DNA of 64,000 nucleotides from Candidatus Omnitrophota bacterium (GTDB taxonomy: Bacteria; Omnitrophota; Gorgyraeia; JABMRN01; RBG-13-46-9). This document shows, in pieces, positions 1 through 9,249 of this stretch. The DNA is taken from contig JBDRHE010000059.1 of the NCBI GenBank assembly GCA_043817155.1, positions 97 to 64,096 on the forward strand, given 5' to 3'. Both the position numbers and the translations under genes were made by a program. Within the stretch, counting starts at the first letter, position 1, and every line of letters starts with the position of its first letter. The notes beneath the pieces are model-generated. The model did not search any database. It was not told where the DNA came from and saw only the letters and a list, made by a program, of their open reading frames with translations.

Positions 1-56
1 AGAAGAATATGAGCCTGCGCCGAAGCCCCTCACCTCTGGCTTACACGCTCTAATGA

Positions 57-238
57 TGCTCGTGTGGGGCAATTCTGTAGCGACTCTCCAAATTTCATAT
101 ACAATCGATCCATAAAGAGTTATGACATCTTAGGACAATCTTTTGTCCTTTTATGACAATATGAAATTTGGATGAGAGCTCTCTAAGATGATCGCTCATC
201 TTAGAGAGCGGCAAGCGGAAGAATTGCCCCACACGAGC
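57..238. repeat. 18-bp perfect inverted repeats (57-74 GCTCGTGTGGGGCAATTC / 221-238 GAATTGCCCCACACGAGC) enclosing a 14-bp-stem hairpin (178-209), a small hairpin (138-155) and a TTATGACA direct repeat; MITE-like or regulatory palindromic element
   Basis: Read directly from sequence; arms are exact reverse complements; internal palindrome CTCTCTAAGATGA-TCGC-TCATCTTAGAGAG. Confidence 0.5.
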
Positions 239-399
239 AATAATTAACTAGCCCGGTAATTCTAACCAGGTTAGAAATGCGTTTAATATTGTAAACGCTT
301 ACATGAAAGAGGTGTAGAGAAGAAGAACAGAATTCATTCCCCGGAAAATGTTTACCTCAACCGTCTATAAGGTAACGCCTTTTATTGAGATAAGAAGAG

Positions 400-461
400 G
401 GGATGCCGCAACTCACCCCACACCAAAGGTGTGGGGTTCAAACATAGCGGCATCCTTTTTG
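400..461 (+). terminator. Nested hairpin followed by a T tract. Outer 9-bp stem GGATGCCGC/GCGGCATCC; inner 10-bp stem ACCCCACACC-AAA-GGTGTGGGGT; then TTTTT. Plus-strand intrinsic-terminator-like structure.
   Basis: Perfect complementarity seen in sequence; U tract only on plus strand; lies inside the weak ORF 348..566, which is therefore probably spurious. Confidence 0.45.
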
Positions 462-691
462 TATGAAAATATCCGCCTTCGCCAAAACTCCGGAGGACAG
501 ATTCTTACTAATGAAACCTCTTCTAATCTCAATAAAAGGCTAACATTTTCCAATGGGCCCCTTTGAATTCTGTTCTTCTTCTCTTCATTCAGCAGACATG
601 TGCAATTTCAATATCCCGTACGCTACAAACCCTTGCTATAAATGCCGTAATGGAGGCGAATTTAAAATTTCTCCCATTCATGCCTTTCGAG

Positions 692-775
692 CGTGGTTTT
701 AGGGCTTACGGTGAGCAAATCACGTATATCTTGGCTTACGACAGAAGATTTGCGAACCGTAAGTCTAAAACCACG
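692..775. repeat. Long imperfect inverted repeat (CGTGGTTTTAGGGCTTACGGT ... ACCGTAAGTCTAAAACCACG) with an inner 7-bp stem. Candidate terminator or structured RNA about 45 nt downstream of the last gene of the minus-strand array.
   Basis: About 19 of 21 positions complementary, seen in sequence; no clean U tract on either side. Confidence 0.35.
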
Positions 776-819
776 GGAGAAATTTTATGAGCCGGAATTA
801 CGGCATTTGTAACAAGGTT

Positions 820-1737
820 TTAATGCGGGAAGATTGAAAGGATAAAGCCTGATATGTTTCCCCTGGCTCTAAGGAGATAATTCCTATCTCTTAGAAATAT
901 ACCCTTAACAAGGTTATTCAGGAATAGACCGAAACAGGCCCAAAGGCATAGCGATGAGGAGAGTTCGGCGTTCTTCTTCACAAAGTACAACCTGTTTAAT
1001 ACCTGCATCCTTCCGAGAGTAACACTTGCCCCGGTAACGCTTTCAGAGTTCGATAAGTGCCTTACCCTGGCATCGGCAACGACAAATAACTTAAAACCCT
1101 TGCCGACTCTATAGCTGAAGTCAAGGTCTTCGCAGTGCGCATAGCCTGTGAATTTCTCATCGAAACGGAATTTTTCGAAGACCTGCCTCCGGTATACCAT
1201 TGCGCATCCGCTCAACCATCCGACTGGGATAGTCTCGGCAACTTGGCACTGCTTGCTTTGGAAGCCGGAACGCATAACCATTCCGGGTCTCTCAGTATTC
1301 ACCAGAAATAGCTTTTCGAGGATTGAAGGTCTTCTGAGTCTATCACTCACGTTATTGAATGATGCCCCGCCCGTATCAGGGCTTGCGCTCTCCCAGAATT
1401 TCATCATATTTAAGAGCGAATCCTTCTCTATGACTATATCGTCATCGAAGAAGGCAATAAGGGTTGCCGTATCTCCCAAAGCCTTTACTCCGATGTTCCT
1501 CTGCATCGGCAGCGAAGCGGGCCTCTTCTCAACATATCTTATATTCAGATCCTTAAATCGATCTCTCTTCGAAAGACCTTTAAGAGGAGTCTCTCCCCCA
1601 TCTATAATTAACGTCTCTCCGGGCTTAAAAGCCCCCTGATCGATGCTCTCCAGAAGACGTATAAGCTCATTAGGTCTATCCTTCGTAGCAATAATTATGG
1701 TCAGTTCTTCTTTAGATAGCATTCTTAAACAGCGCAT
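820..1737 (-). CDS. Glycosyltransferase family 2
   Basis: N-terminal TIIIATKDRPNEL...DGGETP motif typical of the GT2 GT-A fold; DxD-like region FFDDD. Confidence 0.75.
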   Translation of the reverse strand: MRCLRMLSKEELTIIIATKDRPNELIRLLESIDQGAFKPGETLIIDGGETPLKGLSKRDRFKDLNIRYVEKRPASLPMQRNIGVKALGDTATLIAFFDDDIVIEKDSLLNMMKFWESASPDTGGASFNNVSDRLRRPSILEKLFLVNTERPGMVMRSGFQSKQCQVAETIPVGWLSGCAMVYRRQVFEKFRFDEKFTGYAHCEDLDFSYRVGKGFKLFVVADARVRHLSNSESVTGASVTLGRMQVLNRLYFVKKNAELSSSLCLWACFGLFLNNLVKGIFLRDRNYLLRARGNISGFILSIFPH

Positions 1738-2815
1738 ATCGCAATCTTGTCAAAATATCCTCGATCACAAGCTTCGGCATACATCGAATGTTATATGGAT
1801 AACCGCAAGAGCAACCGGCGCATCTCTTATAAAACATATTCTTCTTTGCCGCCCTATACCTCGTTTCCTTTCTTAAATCCGCTAAAGGCCGGTCTTTAAG
1901 ATTTCCAAAGGCCCCCATCGCATAACATCCTCCCAGAAGATTACCGTAAGGATCTATATTTATCCTGTCCTGGGAGCTTACGCATGGTATTTTTCCCTGA
2001 CGCGGATCATCGAAATAGCGCTCAATATATCCAATAGCCGGAAAGCTCAGCAATAGAGACTTTGGCTTTTTGCGCTTCGCGGCTTTGAGTATCTCCAGAA
2101 ATCTGTCGAATTCTTTGTTCTTTCGTATCCAGAACGTCTCCCTGTTCTCATCCACTTGGAAGATAGAAGAATTCTTATCCAGGAGACACACAGAAACGGG
2201 TAGAGAAAGGCTATCGGCTAGATCTTTGACATCTTCAAAGTGCCGTATCGTATCTTTCATAAGCGTAAAATTTACCGACGCGTCTATCCCCTTCCTCTTT
2301 TTCATATTTGAAATCAATATAGCGGACTCTTCCACCTTTGCGAAAGAACCGGATATCCCCCGAATTTTTGCGTACTCGTCTCCGAGCGCATCTATTGAGA
2401 CAACTACGGACCGCAAACCCGCTTTTATGAGGCCATCTAGCCTTCCTTCATCCAGAAGCATTCCATTTGTGGTTAGCCCTACGGTGAGACCATTTCGCCG
2501 GCTGAACGAAATAAGATCTTCGAGGTCTCCCCTTAAGAGAGGCTCCCCGCCGCTAAAGTGCACATTCTTAATTCCATTCTTCTTAAAGTCTTGGATGATC
2601 TTCTTCCATTCATCGGCTGACAACTCTCTTCCGGAAGGCTGCCTCCATTGCCGGCACATAACACATCTCAGATTACATCTATTTGTTATCAAGATGTTGC
2701 ACGAGCTGGCTTTGATCTCGAAAAGCCGATACGTCCCCGGCATTCCGGTTAAAAGACCGGTCTTTATTATTGTCGGAATATAATTTGCAACTATCTTTCG
2801 TATCCGTTTATACAT
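1712..2815 (-). CDS. Radical SAM protein with C-terminal SPASM-like Cys cluster
   Basis: CNLRCVMC (CxxxCxxC); glycine-rich SAM motif FSGGEP; C-terminal CAGCSCGYPYNIRC; TAATG stop/start overlap with the upstream gene at 2815. Confidence 0.8.
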   Translation of the reverse strand: MYKRIRKIVANYIPTIIKTGLLTGMPGTYRLFEIKASSCNILITNRCNLRCVMCRQWRQPSGRELSADEWKKIIQDFKKNGIKNVHFSGGEPLLRGDLEDLISFSRRNGLTVGLTTNGMLLDEGRLDGLIKAGLRSVVVSIDALGDEYAKIRGISGSFAKVEESAILISNMKKRKGIDASVNFTLMKDTIRHFEDVKDLADSLSLPVSVCLLDKNSSIFQVDENRETFWIRKNKEFDRFLEILKAAKRKKPKSLLLSFPAIGYIERYFDDPRQGKIPCVSSQDRINIDPYGNLLGGCYAMGAFGNLKDRPLADLRKETRYRAAKKNMFYKRCAGCSCGYPYNIRCMPKLVIEDILTRLRYALFKNAI

Positions 2816-4740
2816 TAATATTCGATCCTGTAAATAACAAAACGGGCGCCGGGTTTTTTATGGAAACGGCCGGGGGTATTTTTAAAAGCTTTGACTAATG
2901 TTACGTTCTTTTGCGGCAATAGTCTCTCGATAGACGGCATCGCCTCTTCGTCACTGGTATTGGGGCCCTGATTATAATAGATAAGCTCCGGCTGATATTC
3001 GATGGCGAGCTTGCGGAGACTCTCGGCGCGATCCTCCTCTTTTGTAGCTGCGGTTTTAATATTCTTATAGCCGGAGGGGATATAAACGCGCGTATAGTGG
3101 TCAGCTACGATCGTTGTATCAGCAGGAATATTATTAGCCCACCATTCTCTTACATCATAGATAACATCCTCATACCTGCGAAGCTGGAGCAATCTTAACG
3201 ATGTCGTTTCAATTGCATTCATTAATATCTGCGCAAAAAATAATATGCCGAGAAAAATAAGAACCAACTTTTTGAGCAATACTTTGCCGTTAAGTAAAGT
3301 CCCCAGCATACAAAACCCCTGCATGCTTAAAATGGACATAGCAATAAAAAATGGGAGTATATTATGGTCTTCCAGCCTTATCATGGAAAACATAACGACA
3401 AAGGATGGCACGATAAATATAAGCAAAATGAGTCTTTTGTATAATTGCAATAAACTATTTTTTTCAATACCGGGCTGACCGGCTTTGACCTGAAGTGAAG
3501 ATATATCCCGCTTATGTTTCTGATAGAGCTCAACGCCTAAATAAACTATAAATAAAGCAAAGATGATCGGGACGAATGCCGTGATGATGTGGACTATATT
3601 TTGCAACAAGATATATGCTATTCCTTTTTCAGACAACATATTGGTAGCCCTGCTTGTAGTGGCAACAGGACCTAACTGCGCGTATATAGTGATAAAATGC
3701 TGCGGGGTAATAATCCATCTAAAACCAAAAAAGAGAAGAAAACCCGTAAACATTGCGCATGCGCGCAATGAATGTGAATTCAGCTCATTAACGAACGATA
3801 TGATCTTCTTCAGTAAGGGATTCCTGGTTTTATCCAAGACAAGGATTGCCAGCGATAAAAGAATAAGACAAAATCCGGCCAAAGACATAGCGAGCATAAG
3901 CCTATTTTCTAATAAACTTCCCAAAAAACCAAACTGTTCATACCATGTAAAGCCGGAAGACTTACGCACGTAAAAACGGATAAAAATGAGAGGAAGTATG
4001 CCTACAATTAAGCCGATCGATGACGGGAAGACCCATGATAACTTAAGTTCGCGGAAAACCTCTTTACCGGAAATACTATTTTGGTAACGCTTTGCGAAAA
4101 ACATAGAGGCGATTACGGCTGCCACCAAAAAGATGCCGGCAAATTTAACCAAAAAACCGATTGCCGCGCAGGCGACCGCTATATATAGATTCCTCCTTCT
4201 AAAGGGATTCTCGCAAGCACGCAGAGCGTAATCCAATCCTATTATCATGATCAGTAAAACTAGAGGTTCGGGCTTTGCGTTGGTGAAGAAATAGGCCACA
4301 GCCGGCCTAACCGCTAAGAGCGCAACAGCCAATGCCGGTTGCCAACCATCCCCAAAATGGTATTTTACCAGGCGCCATAGGAAAAAAAACGCCAGGATCC
4401 ATGAAAGGAGGTGCATCCAGCGTAATATCATAATAAATGTTCCCGGTGTAAAATGGATCAAATTGGATGGAATGAGTCGAGCAAAATCCGCCAAATAACG
4501 CATTTCGAGTCCGTAATCAAAATCCCATTGAAAGCTCGCCCTCTTTTCACCGGTAAAATAGAACCAGGTAAGATCCATCATCCCGCCTTCATCGCCATTA
4601 AAATAAACGATCATATTCGGGTCGTTTATATTGTCGTTCATGCTGGGTGCTATTAATAGGAAAGTAGCGGCGCATATGACTGCCATAAATGCCCCGGCCG
4701 CCATTTGTTTATAAAAGATTCTTCTATTTATTTCGGACAT
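2815..4740 (-). CDS. Polytopic membrane protein, putative GT-C-fold glycosyltransferase (ArnT/PMT-like) or glycan polymerase/ligase
   Basis: More than 10 predicted hydrophobic helices plus a C-terminal soluble domain; start placed at an internal Met to avoid overlap with the upstream ORF; family assignment tentative. Confidence 0.4.
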   Translation of the reverse strand: MSEINRRIFYKQMAAGAFMAVICAATFLLIAPSMNDNINDPNMIVYFNGDEGGMMDLTWFYFTGEKRASFQWDFDYGLEMRYLADFARLIPSNLIHFTPGTFIMILRWMHLLSWILAFFFLWRLVKYHFGDGWQPALAVALLAVRPAVAYFFTNAKPEPLVLLIMIIGLDYALRACENPFRRRNLYIAVACAAIGFLVKFAGIFLVAAVIASMFFAKRYQNSISGKEVFRELKLSWVFPSSIGLIVGILPLIFIRFYVRKSSGFTWYEQFGFLGSLLENRLMLAMSLAGFCLILLSLAILVLDKTRNPLLKKIISFVNELNSHSLRACAMFTGFLLFFGFRWIITPQHFITIYAQLGPVATTSRATNMLSEKGIAYILLQNIVHIITAFVPIIFALFIVYLGVELYQKHKRDISSLQVKAGQPGIEKNSLLQLYKRLILLIFIVPSFVVMFSMIRLEDHNILPFFIAMSILSMQGFCMLGTLLNGKVLLKKLVLIFLGILFFAQILMNAIETTSLRLLQLRRYEDVIYDVREWWANNIPADTTIVADHYTRVYIPSGYKNIKTAATKEEDRAESLRKLAIEYQPELIYYNQGPNTSDEEAMPSIERLLPQKNVTLVKAFKNTPGRFHKKPGARFVIYRIEY

Positions 4741-4766
4741 TATATCTGCTTTTCCTTCATCATTTT

Positions 4767-5192
4767 TTAATCTTCCCAGTAATAGCCGCATTTTATATAC
4801 CGGCATTCATCTTTTTTGTCAAATGGGTACACCTTGCATATAAAAGGAAGAGCGTCAAAACCTTTCTCCTTCCATAATAGGCATATCTCTGTCTTATAAT
4901 CCCAATATCTGCAAACGAACTGAAACCTTCCGATTCTGTGAGAAGGGGCATAGCCGCAACACCCGCATTTTTTGCACTGGCCCTTCCTTGTTTTGAGGCT
5001 ATTTTTTATATATCCCTTGCGAAAGATCATATAAAAATGTCTTCTTAATTGGCACTTAATACACGATGGAGATAATAAGCTCTTCTTGTGGTTCAGCATT
5101 GCTCTTTGTTTATCCGAGACTTTAAGATCGCCGTTCACTGCCGAATCTTTATGACATGCGTTTACCTGCGAATTATTTGAAATCGAACACAT
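4767..5192 (-). CDS. YkgJ/UPF0153-family Cys-rich (CxxCxxCC) putative Fe-S/Zn-binding protein
   Basis: CKKCGCCGYAPS resembles the YkgJ CGACCTAPS signature; further conserved Cys (CRYW, CKVYPF, CGYYW). Confidence 0.55.
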   Translation of the reverse strand: MCSISNNSQVNACHKDSAVNGDLKVSDKQRAMLNHKKSLLSPSCIKCQLRRHFYMIFRKGYIKNSLKTRKGQCKKCGCCGYAPSHRIGRFQFVCRYWDYKTEICLLWKEKGFDALPFICKVYPFDKKDECRYIKCGYYWED

Positions 5193-5261
5193 CTAAACTT
5201 GCTCCTTTCATCTTTATCAGCATGAGCTTTTAAAAAGTAGCTGAACAAAGTTACTATGCGC

Positions 5262-6788
5262 CTACCCCTTCATTATATTAGTGCGTTCTGCCTTCTTCCT
5301 TGTTATGCTAAGAATTAAAACCTTAAGAGATATTGTGAGAGCTCTTTTAAATATTATAAGGAAAAATTTTGTGAAGGCTAACAAGACATCCGGCTTAAAA
5401 TACCACCTCTTCGGTAGCGATAGCACGCCTCCGCCGGATAGGGGTGATTTAAAGAGCATCTTATATAAGATTCGCGGTCTAAAATAGAACGTTAAGTTAG
5501 CCACGATCGTATCGAATATAAGGACCGGTGGATGTGTATCTTTAGGAACATACGACAAATCATCACCCTGCATATAGTGTTGGTTGCTGAAATTGGTCCA
5601 ATTCTCATGAATATGGAGCCCATTCTCCTCTTTGCCTATCCTAAAAAGCTCTGTGCCCGGATAGGGTATCGCGATGTTGAATCTGGCGCCATCAAGAGGC
5701 AGCTTGCACATCAATTTTAGCGTATCGTAGCGGTCTTTCCGTGTTTCCGACGGTAAGCCAAATATTAAAGATGCATCCGCTAAAATACCGACTTCATTAC
5801 ACATCTTTATGGCTCTCAGGTTATCTTCTACCAGCTCTTTTTTGTTAATAATTTTCATAAGACGCTCTGATCCGGTTTCAACGCCAAATGCCAAAGATAC
5901 AAAATTACAATCTTTAAGCCTTTCAAGCATCTCATAATCAACCTCTTTGCCCCTCGATGTGCCGATAAAGGCGACTTTCTTGTGGTATCCGCTGGCTATT
6001 ATCGCGTCCAATAATTCATACAGTCTTCTTTTGTTTATTGTAATACTGTCATCTATAAACCATATCTTCTTCTGGCCGTATCTATCAACAAGTTTTTTTA
6101 TATCCTCTACTATGCGCGTAGCGGAATAAAATCTATATGCCTTTCCGGATATTGCCCTTTGAGAGCAGAAGATACAATCGAATGGACATCCCCTTGAGCT
6201 TATGATCGTCCCAAAATCTCCATAGCTCTCACTGTCTTTTTCAAACAATTCATAATAAAACGGAGGAAGATCGTCGAGATTCTTTATCAGCTCTCTATCT
6301 GAATTATGAAAAACCTTAGAATCTGTTTTATATGATATGCCTTTAATATCTTTATAATCTTTTCCATTTTTGAGACATTCATAGAGTTCGCCGAGTGTCA
6401 GCTCCCCTTCCTTTCTTACGGCTACATCAGCTCCGGATTTAATAAGTATATCTTCGGGCAGAACACTCGGGTGTATCCCCCCTAAGACAACAGTCACTTT
6501 CGGATCGATAGATTTTACCATCCCTGTAAGCTCGATAACCCTCTTTGTCGTAATAGTGAGATTCGGGATTCCCACAATTCTGGGATGTTTTAATTTTGCA
6601 AGCTCGCCTTCCAGTCTATCCTGTGTCAACTCAACGATCTGCTCATCGATGACACCCACCTCATCTTTATTCTTCTCACGAAGATATGCCCCGAGAAAAC
6701 CGATGGATGTCGGAAAACAGGCGTATGTAAATTTCTTAACAACTGTTGGCTGCGATATTTTATCTACGGCGGGATTAATGAATAACAT
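5262..6788 (-). CDS. Cobalamin-binding radical SAM enzyme (class B-like)
   Basis: N-terminal B12-binding-like Rossmann region (VVLGGIHPSVLPED) followed by SSRGCPFDCIFCSQ; GGAGG-like RBS upstream. Confidence 0.8.
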   Translation of the reverse strand: MLFINPAVDKISQPTVVKKFTYACFPTSIGFLGAYLREKNKDEVGVIDEQIVELTQDRLEGELAKLKHPRIVGIPNLTITTKRVIELTGMVKSIDPKVTVVLGGIHPSVLPEDILIKSGADVAVRKEGELTLGELYECLKNGKDYKDIKGISYKTDSKVFHNSDRELIKNLDDLPPFYYELFEKDSESYGDFGTIISSRGCPFDCIFCSQRAISGKAYRFYSATRIVEDIKKLVDRYGQKKIWFIDDSITINKRRLYELLDAIIASGYHKKVAFIGTSRGKEVDYEMLERLKDCNFVSLAFGVETGSERLMKIINKKELVEDNLRAIKMCNEVGILADASLIFGLPSETRKDRYDTLKLMCKLPLDGARFNIAIPYPGTELFRIGKEENGLHIHENWTNFSNQHYMQGDDLSYVPKDTHPPVLIFDTIVANLTFYFRPRILYKMLFKSPLSGGGVLSLPKRWYFKPDVLLAFTKFFLIIFKRALTISLKVLILSITRKKAERTNIMKG

Positions 6789-6806
6789 TATCCTCTACCT
6801 TTCTAT

Positions 6807-7553
6807 CTAATGTTTCTTTCCTACACATATGAGACCAACGCCAAACGGAAAATTTATAAACTTGAGCATCTTTGACTCAATTCTCAATATGCGATATAGA
6901 ATCTTATTTAGAAGCCGCGGCACATAAAAAACATCGAGTAAAAATCTATCTTCTTTCGGTGCGCAAAAATAGCCGTATCTCTGCATTATCCTTATTGCCG
7001 CTATACCCGGGAACAGAAATGAATTCACATAACTCAGCTTCTTTATACTGAAATCGCTCTCTTGCATAATTTGTTTTAAGCTTCGACTCGTATATCTCCT
7101 CTTGTGATGAGCAAGATCGTCGTGGCGGCTCCATAAAAACTGGAAAGCGGAAGTCAATATAACGAGATGTCCGTCCTTCTTAAGGATCCTGTGCATCTCC
7201 TTAAGGAACGCCTCCTCTTTCGCGATATGTTCGATCAGACAAAAAGCTATAATGGTAGAAAATGAGTTGCGTTTAAAACCGGCATTCTCGGCTGATGTCC
7301 TTACCAGGCCGCGTATACCCCTTTTTTTGCAGAAGGCAACGGCTTCCTCTGAAATATCCGCCCCGTATACATTCCCGAAATGTCCCAGCGTCCTGGTAAG
7401 CCCTCCTGTCCCGCATCCGATGTCCAGAATCGCTACATCTTTCTGACTCGTGCAGAACCTATTGAGCATATCACCGCACATCCGCCTCATGCCCATGGTC
7501 CACCAGTGATCCTTTTCGAATTCGTACCACTGTTTATATATATCGGATTCCAT
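6807..7553 (-). CDS. Class I SAM-dependent methyltransferase
   Basis: Motif I VAILDIGCGTGGLT; post-I acidic GADISEEA; N-terminal HWW typical of this MTase subfamily. Confidence 0.8.
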   Translation of the reverse strand: MESDIYKQWYEFEKDHWWTMGMRRMCGDMLNRFCTSQKDVAILDIGCGTGGLTRTLGHFGNVYGADISEEAVAFCKKRGIRGLVRTSAENAGFKRNSFSTIIAFCLIEHIAKEEAFLKEMHRILKKDGHLVILTSAFQFLWSRHDDLAHHKRRYTSRSLKQIMQESDFSIKKLSYVNSFLFPGIAAIRIMQRYGYFCAPKEDRFLLDVFYVPRLLNKILYRILRIESKMLKFINFPFGVGLICVGKKH

Positions 7554-7571
7554 GCATGCACCTTAAGAAGA

Positions 7572-8420
7572 TTACAGATCTGAGTAATTTATCAGCACAA
7601 TGTTATTAAGGCCGACTATCTCTTTCATTTCTTCGCTCATAAGAAGATCGTATTCCCGCACCCAATCGCAAGCCCACCCGTGTAAGTCCTTCAAAAACCC
7701 GTATCTTTTGCTGATCTCAAGGTTGTCGCTACCTGGATGAAAACCTATTTCCGTAACCCCTGGTCCGATGCGCGGTAAAACACGCCTCATATAAGAAGCA
7801 TCCATATTCCCGCTTCTAAAAAACCCGAGGAATCGGTCGGGACTCCGGTATCTTGTCTTGCGCAATACATTAACATATCTCGTAAAAAATGCAAATCCTA
7901 TCTTCACAAGATCGATTTCGCGATATTCATACCACGGAATATTAAGCGCCCTTATCCTTTGGACGCCATATTTTTTCAACAATGGGCTTAATATCTTAAA
8001 AATCGGCGGAAAAAAGTGAATGTGCTGATGACTGTCCAGATGCGTGGGCACGAGTCCTGAATCGATAAATCTGGCTATCTGAGTTTCGCATTCCACTTTG
8101 ATATGCTCCGGATTGATCTTTCGCTTAAATATCTTTGCGCATAGCTTAGAATAGTCTCCGGGTAACCTGCCGTTATCCTCGACTATCGACGGTATCTTTT
8201 CAGCCGGAGCAAGAGGCCTCTCTCCGGTCAATATAAGGTGAACTCCCACACCAAGATCTTTGTTTCTTTTTGCTATAGCTACGGCATCTTCGAATTCCTC
8301 GCCGTTGACTGCCAGTGATGCGCTCGTCAACATGCCCTCTCTATGCGCTTTTTCAACAGAAGTATTGATAGACACGTGCAATCCGAAATCATCCGCGTTT
8401 AAAATTAGACGTTTCTCCAT
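7572..8420 (-). CDS. ChbG/YdjC-family carbohydrate deacetylase (HpnK-like)
   Basis: LILNADDFGLH ... HLDSHQHIH motifs characteristic of the YdjC family; start set at MEKRLIL immediately after the upstream stop. Confidence 0.7.
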   Translation of the reverse strand: MEKRLILNADDFGLHVSINTSVEKAHREGMLTSASLAVNGEEFEDAVAIAKRNKDLGVGVHLILTGERPLAPAEKIPSIVEDNGRLPGDYSKLCAKIFKRKINPEHIKVECETQIARFIDSGLVPTHLDSHQHIHFFPPIFKILSPLLKKYGVQRIRALNIPWYEYREIDLVKIGFAFFTRYVNVLRKTRYRSPDRFLGFFRSGNMDASYMRRVLPRIGPGVTEIGFHPGSDNLEISKRYGFLKDLHGWACDWVREYDLLMSEEMKEIVGLNNIVLINYSDL

Positions 8421-8422
8421 CC

Positions 8423-9244
8423 TTATTTCCTTCTGCAAATTACGACCTGAAGTATCCCATCTTTGCACAATGTGGATAAAAAGAATATTATGCGAACAGC
8501 CGCCATATATAAAAACTTTGTAACGATACCGGACACCGGGTAATCAACGGCACGCGCGGGATGATTGTGATTGCGATGATCAACAATATCGAGGTCGTTC
8601 ATTATCATGAGCGTTCTGAGCGAGTTATTCGAAAAACATTGAAGGTGGTGCAGGTCATATAATCTTTTATATGCTGCGCTGATCCCTGCCCTTTTCAGGA
8701 CTCGCGCGATCCTGTATATCATGCTATCGTCATTATCTGTGACTGTAAACATGATACCGTCCGGCCTCAATAGATTTTTCATTCTTTTTACAAAGGAATG
8801 CGGCGAATCGAGATGTTCGACAACCGTAATATTGCAGATGACGTCAAAAGTATCTTCAATCTCGCTATTCATAATGTCGCCCTTAATATAATGTATACCC
8901 GGATCGTCGTTATCCGTTAGATCGATTCCATGGAGTTCGAACGCGGAATGCCTCTCTTTTAGATACTTCAGGAAATCTCCTCTGCCGCATCCGACATCGA
9001 GGATTCGAAGAGGCCCCTCGCCTTTAAGCCCTATTATCTTCTTACGAATAAGTTCAAACAGTTTGAAATCCGGGTTGCTAAACCAGTTCTTGTGGGAATC
9101 TGAAAAATAATCATCCCCGTATTTTTCCTGCTTTTCTTTAGGCATATCTTTAAAGATATGGCCACACGAAGCGCACCTATGAAGACTTAGGTCTTTGTCC
9201 TCCGGCGTTATCGAATTATGATTATGACAAATGCTACACTGCAC
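8423..9244 (-). CDS. Class I SAM-dependent methyltransferase with N-terminal Zn-ribbon
   Basis: CSICHN...CASCGH zinc ribbon; ILDVGCGRGDFLKYL motif I; VCNITVVEHL motif. Confidence 0.75.
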   Translation of the reverse strand: MQCSICHNHNSITPEDKDLSLHRCASCGHIFKDMPKEKQEKYGDDYFSDSHKNWFSNPDFKLFELIRKKIIGLKGEGPLRILDVGCGRGDFLKYLKERHSAFELHGIDLTDNDDPGIHYIKGDIMNSEIEDTFDVICNITVVEHLDSPHSFVKRMKNLLRPDGIMFTVTDNDDSMIYRIARVLKRAGISAAYKRLYDLHHLQCFSNNSLRTLMIMNDLDIVDHRNHNHPARAVDYPVSGIVTKFLYMAAVRIIFFLSTLCKDGILQVVICRRK

Positions 9245-9249
9245 TTTTG

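Noticed and set aside
348-790. Plus-strand ORFs 348..566 and 563..790 (72 and 75 aa) as genes
   Set aside because: No recognisable motifs and low complexity. ORF 348..566 is interrupted by a strong nested hairpin plus T tract (400-461). The region is better explained as structured non-coding DNA.
2815-4806. Oligosaccharyltransferase (AglB/PglB) assignment for the 663-aa membrane protein
   Set aside because: No WWDYG or DxD/MI motif is visible, so only a generic GT-C-like or polymerase call is justified.
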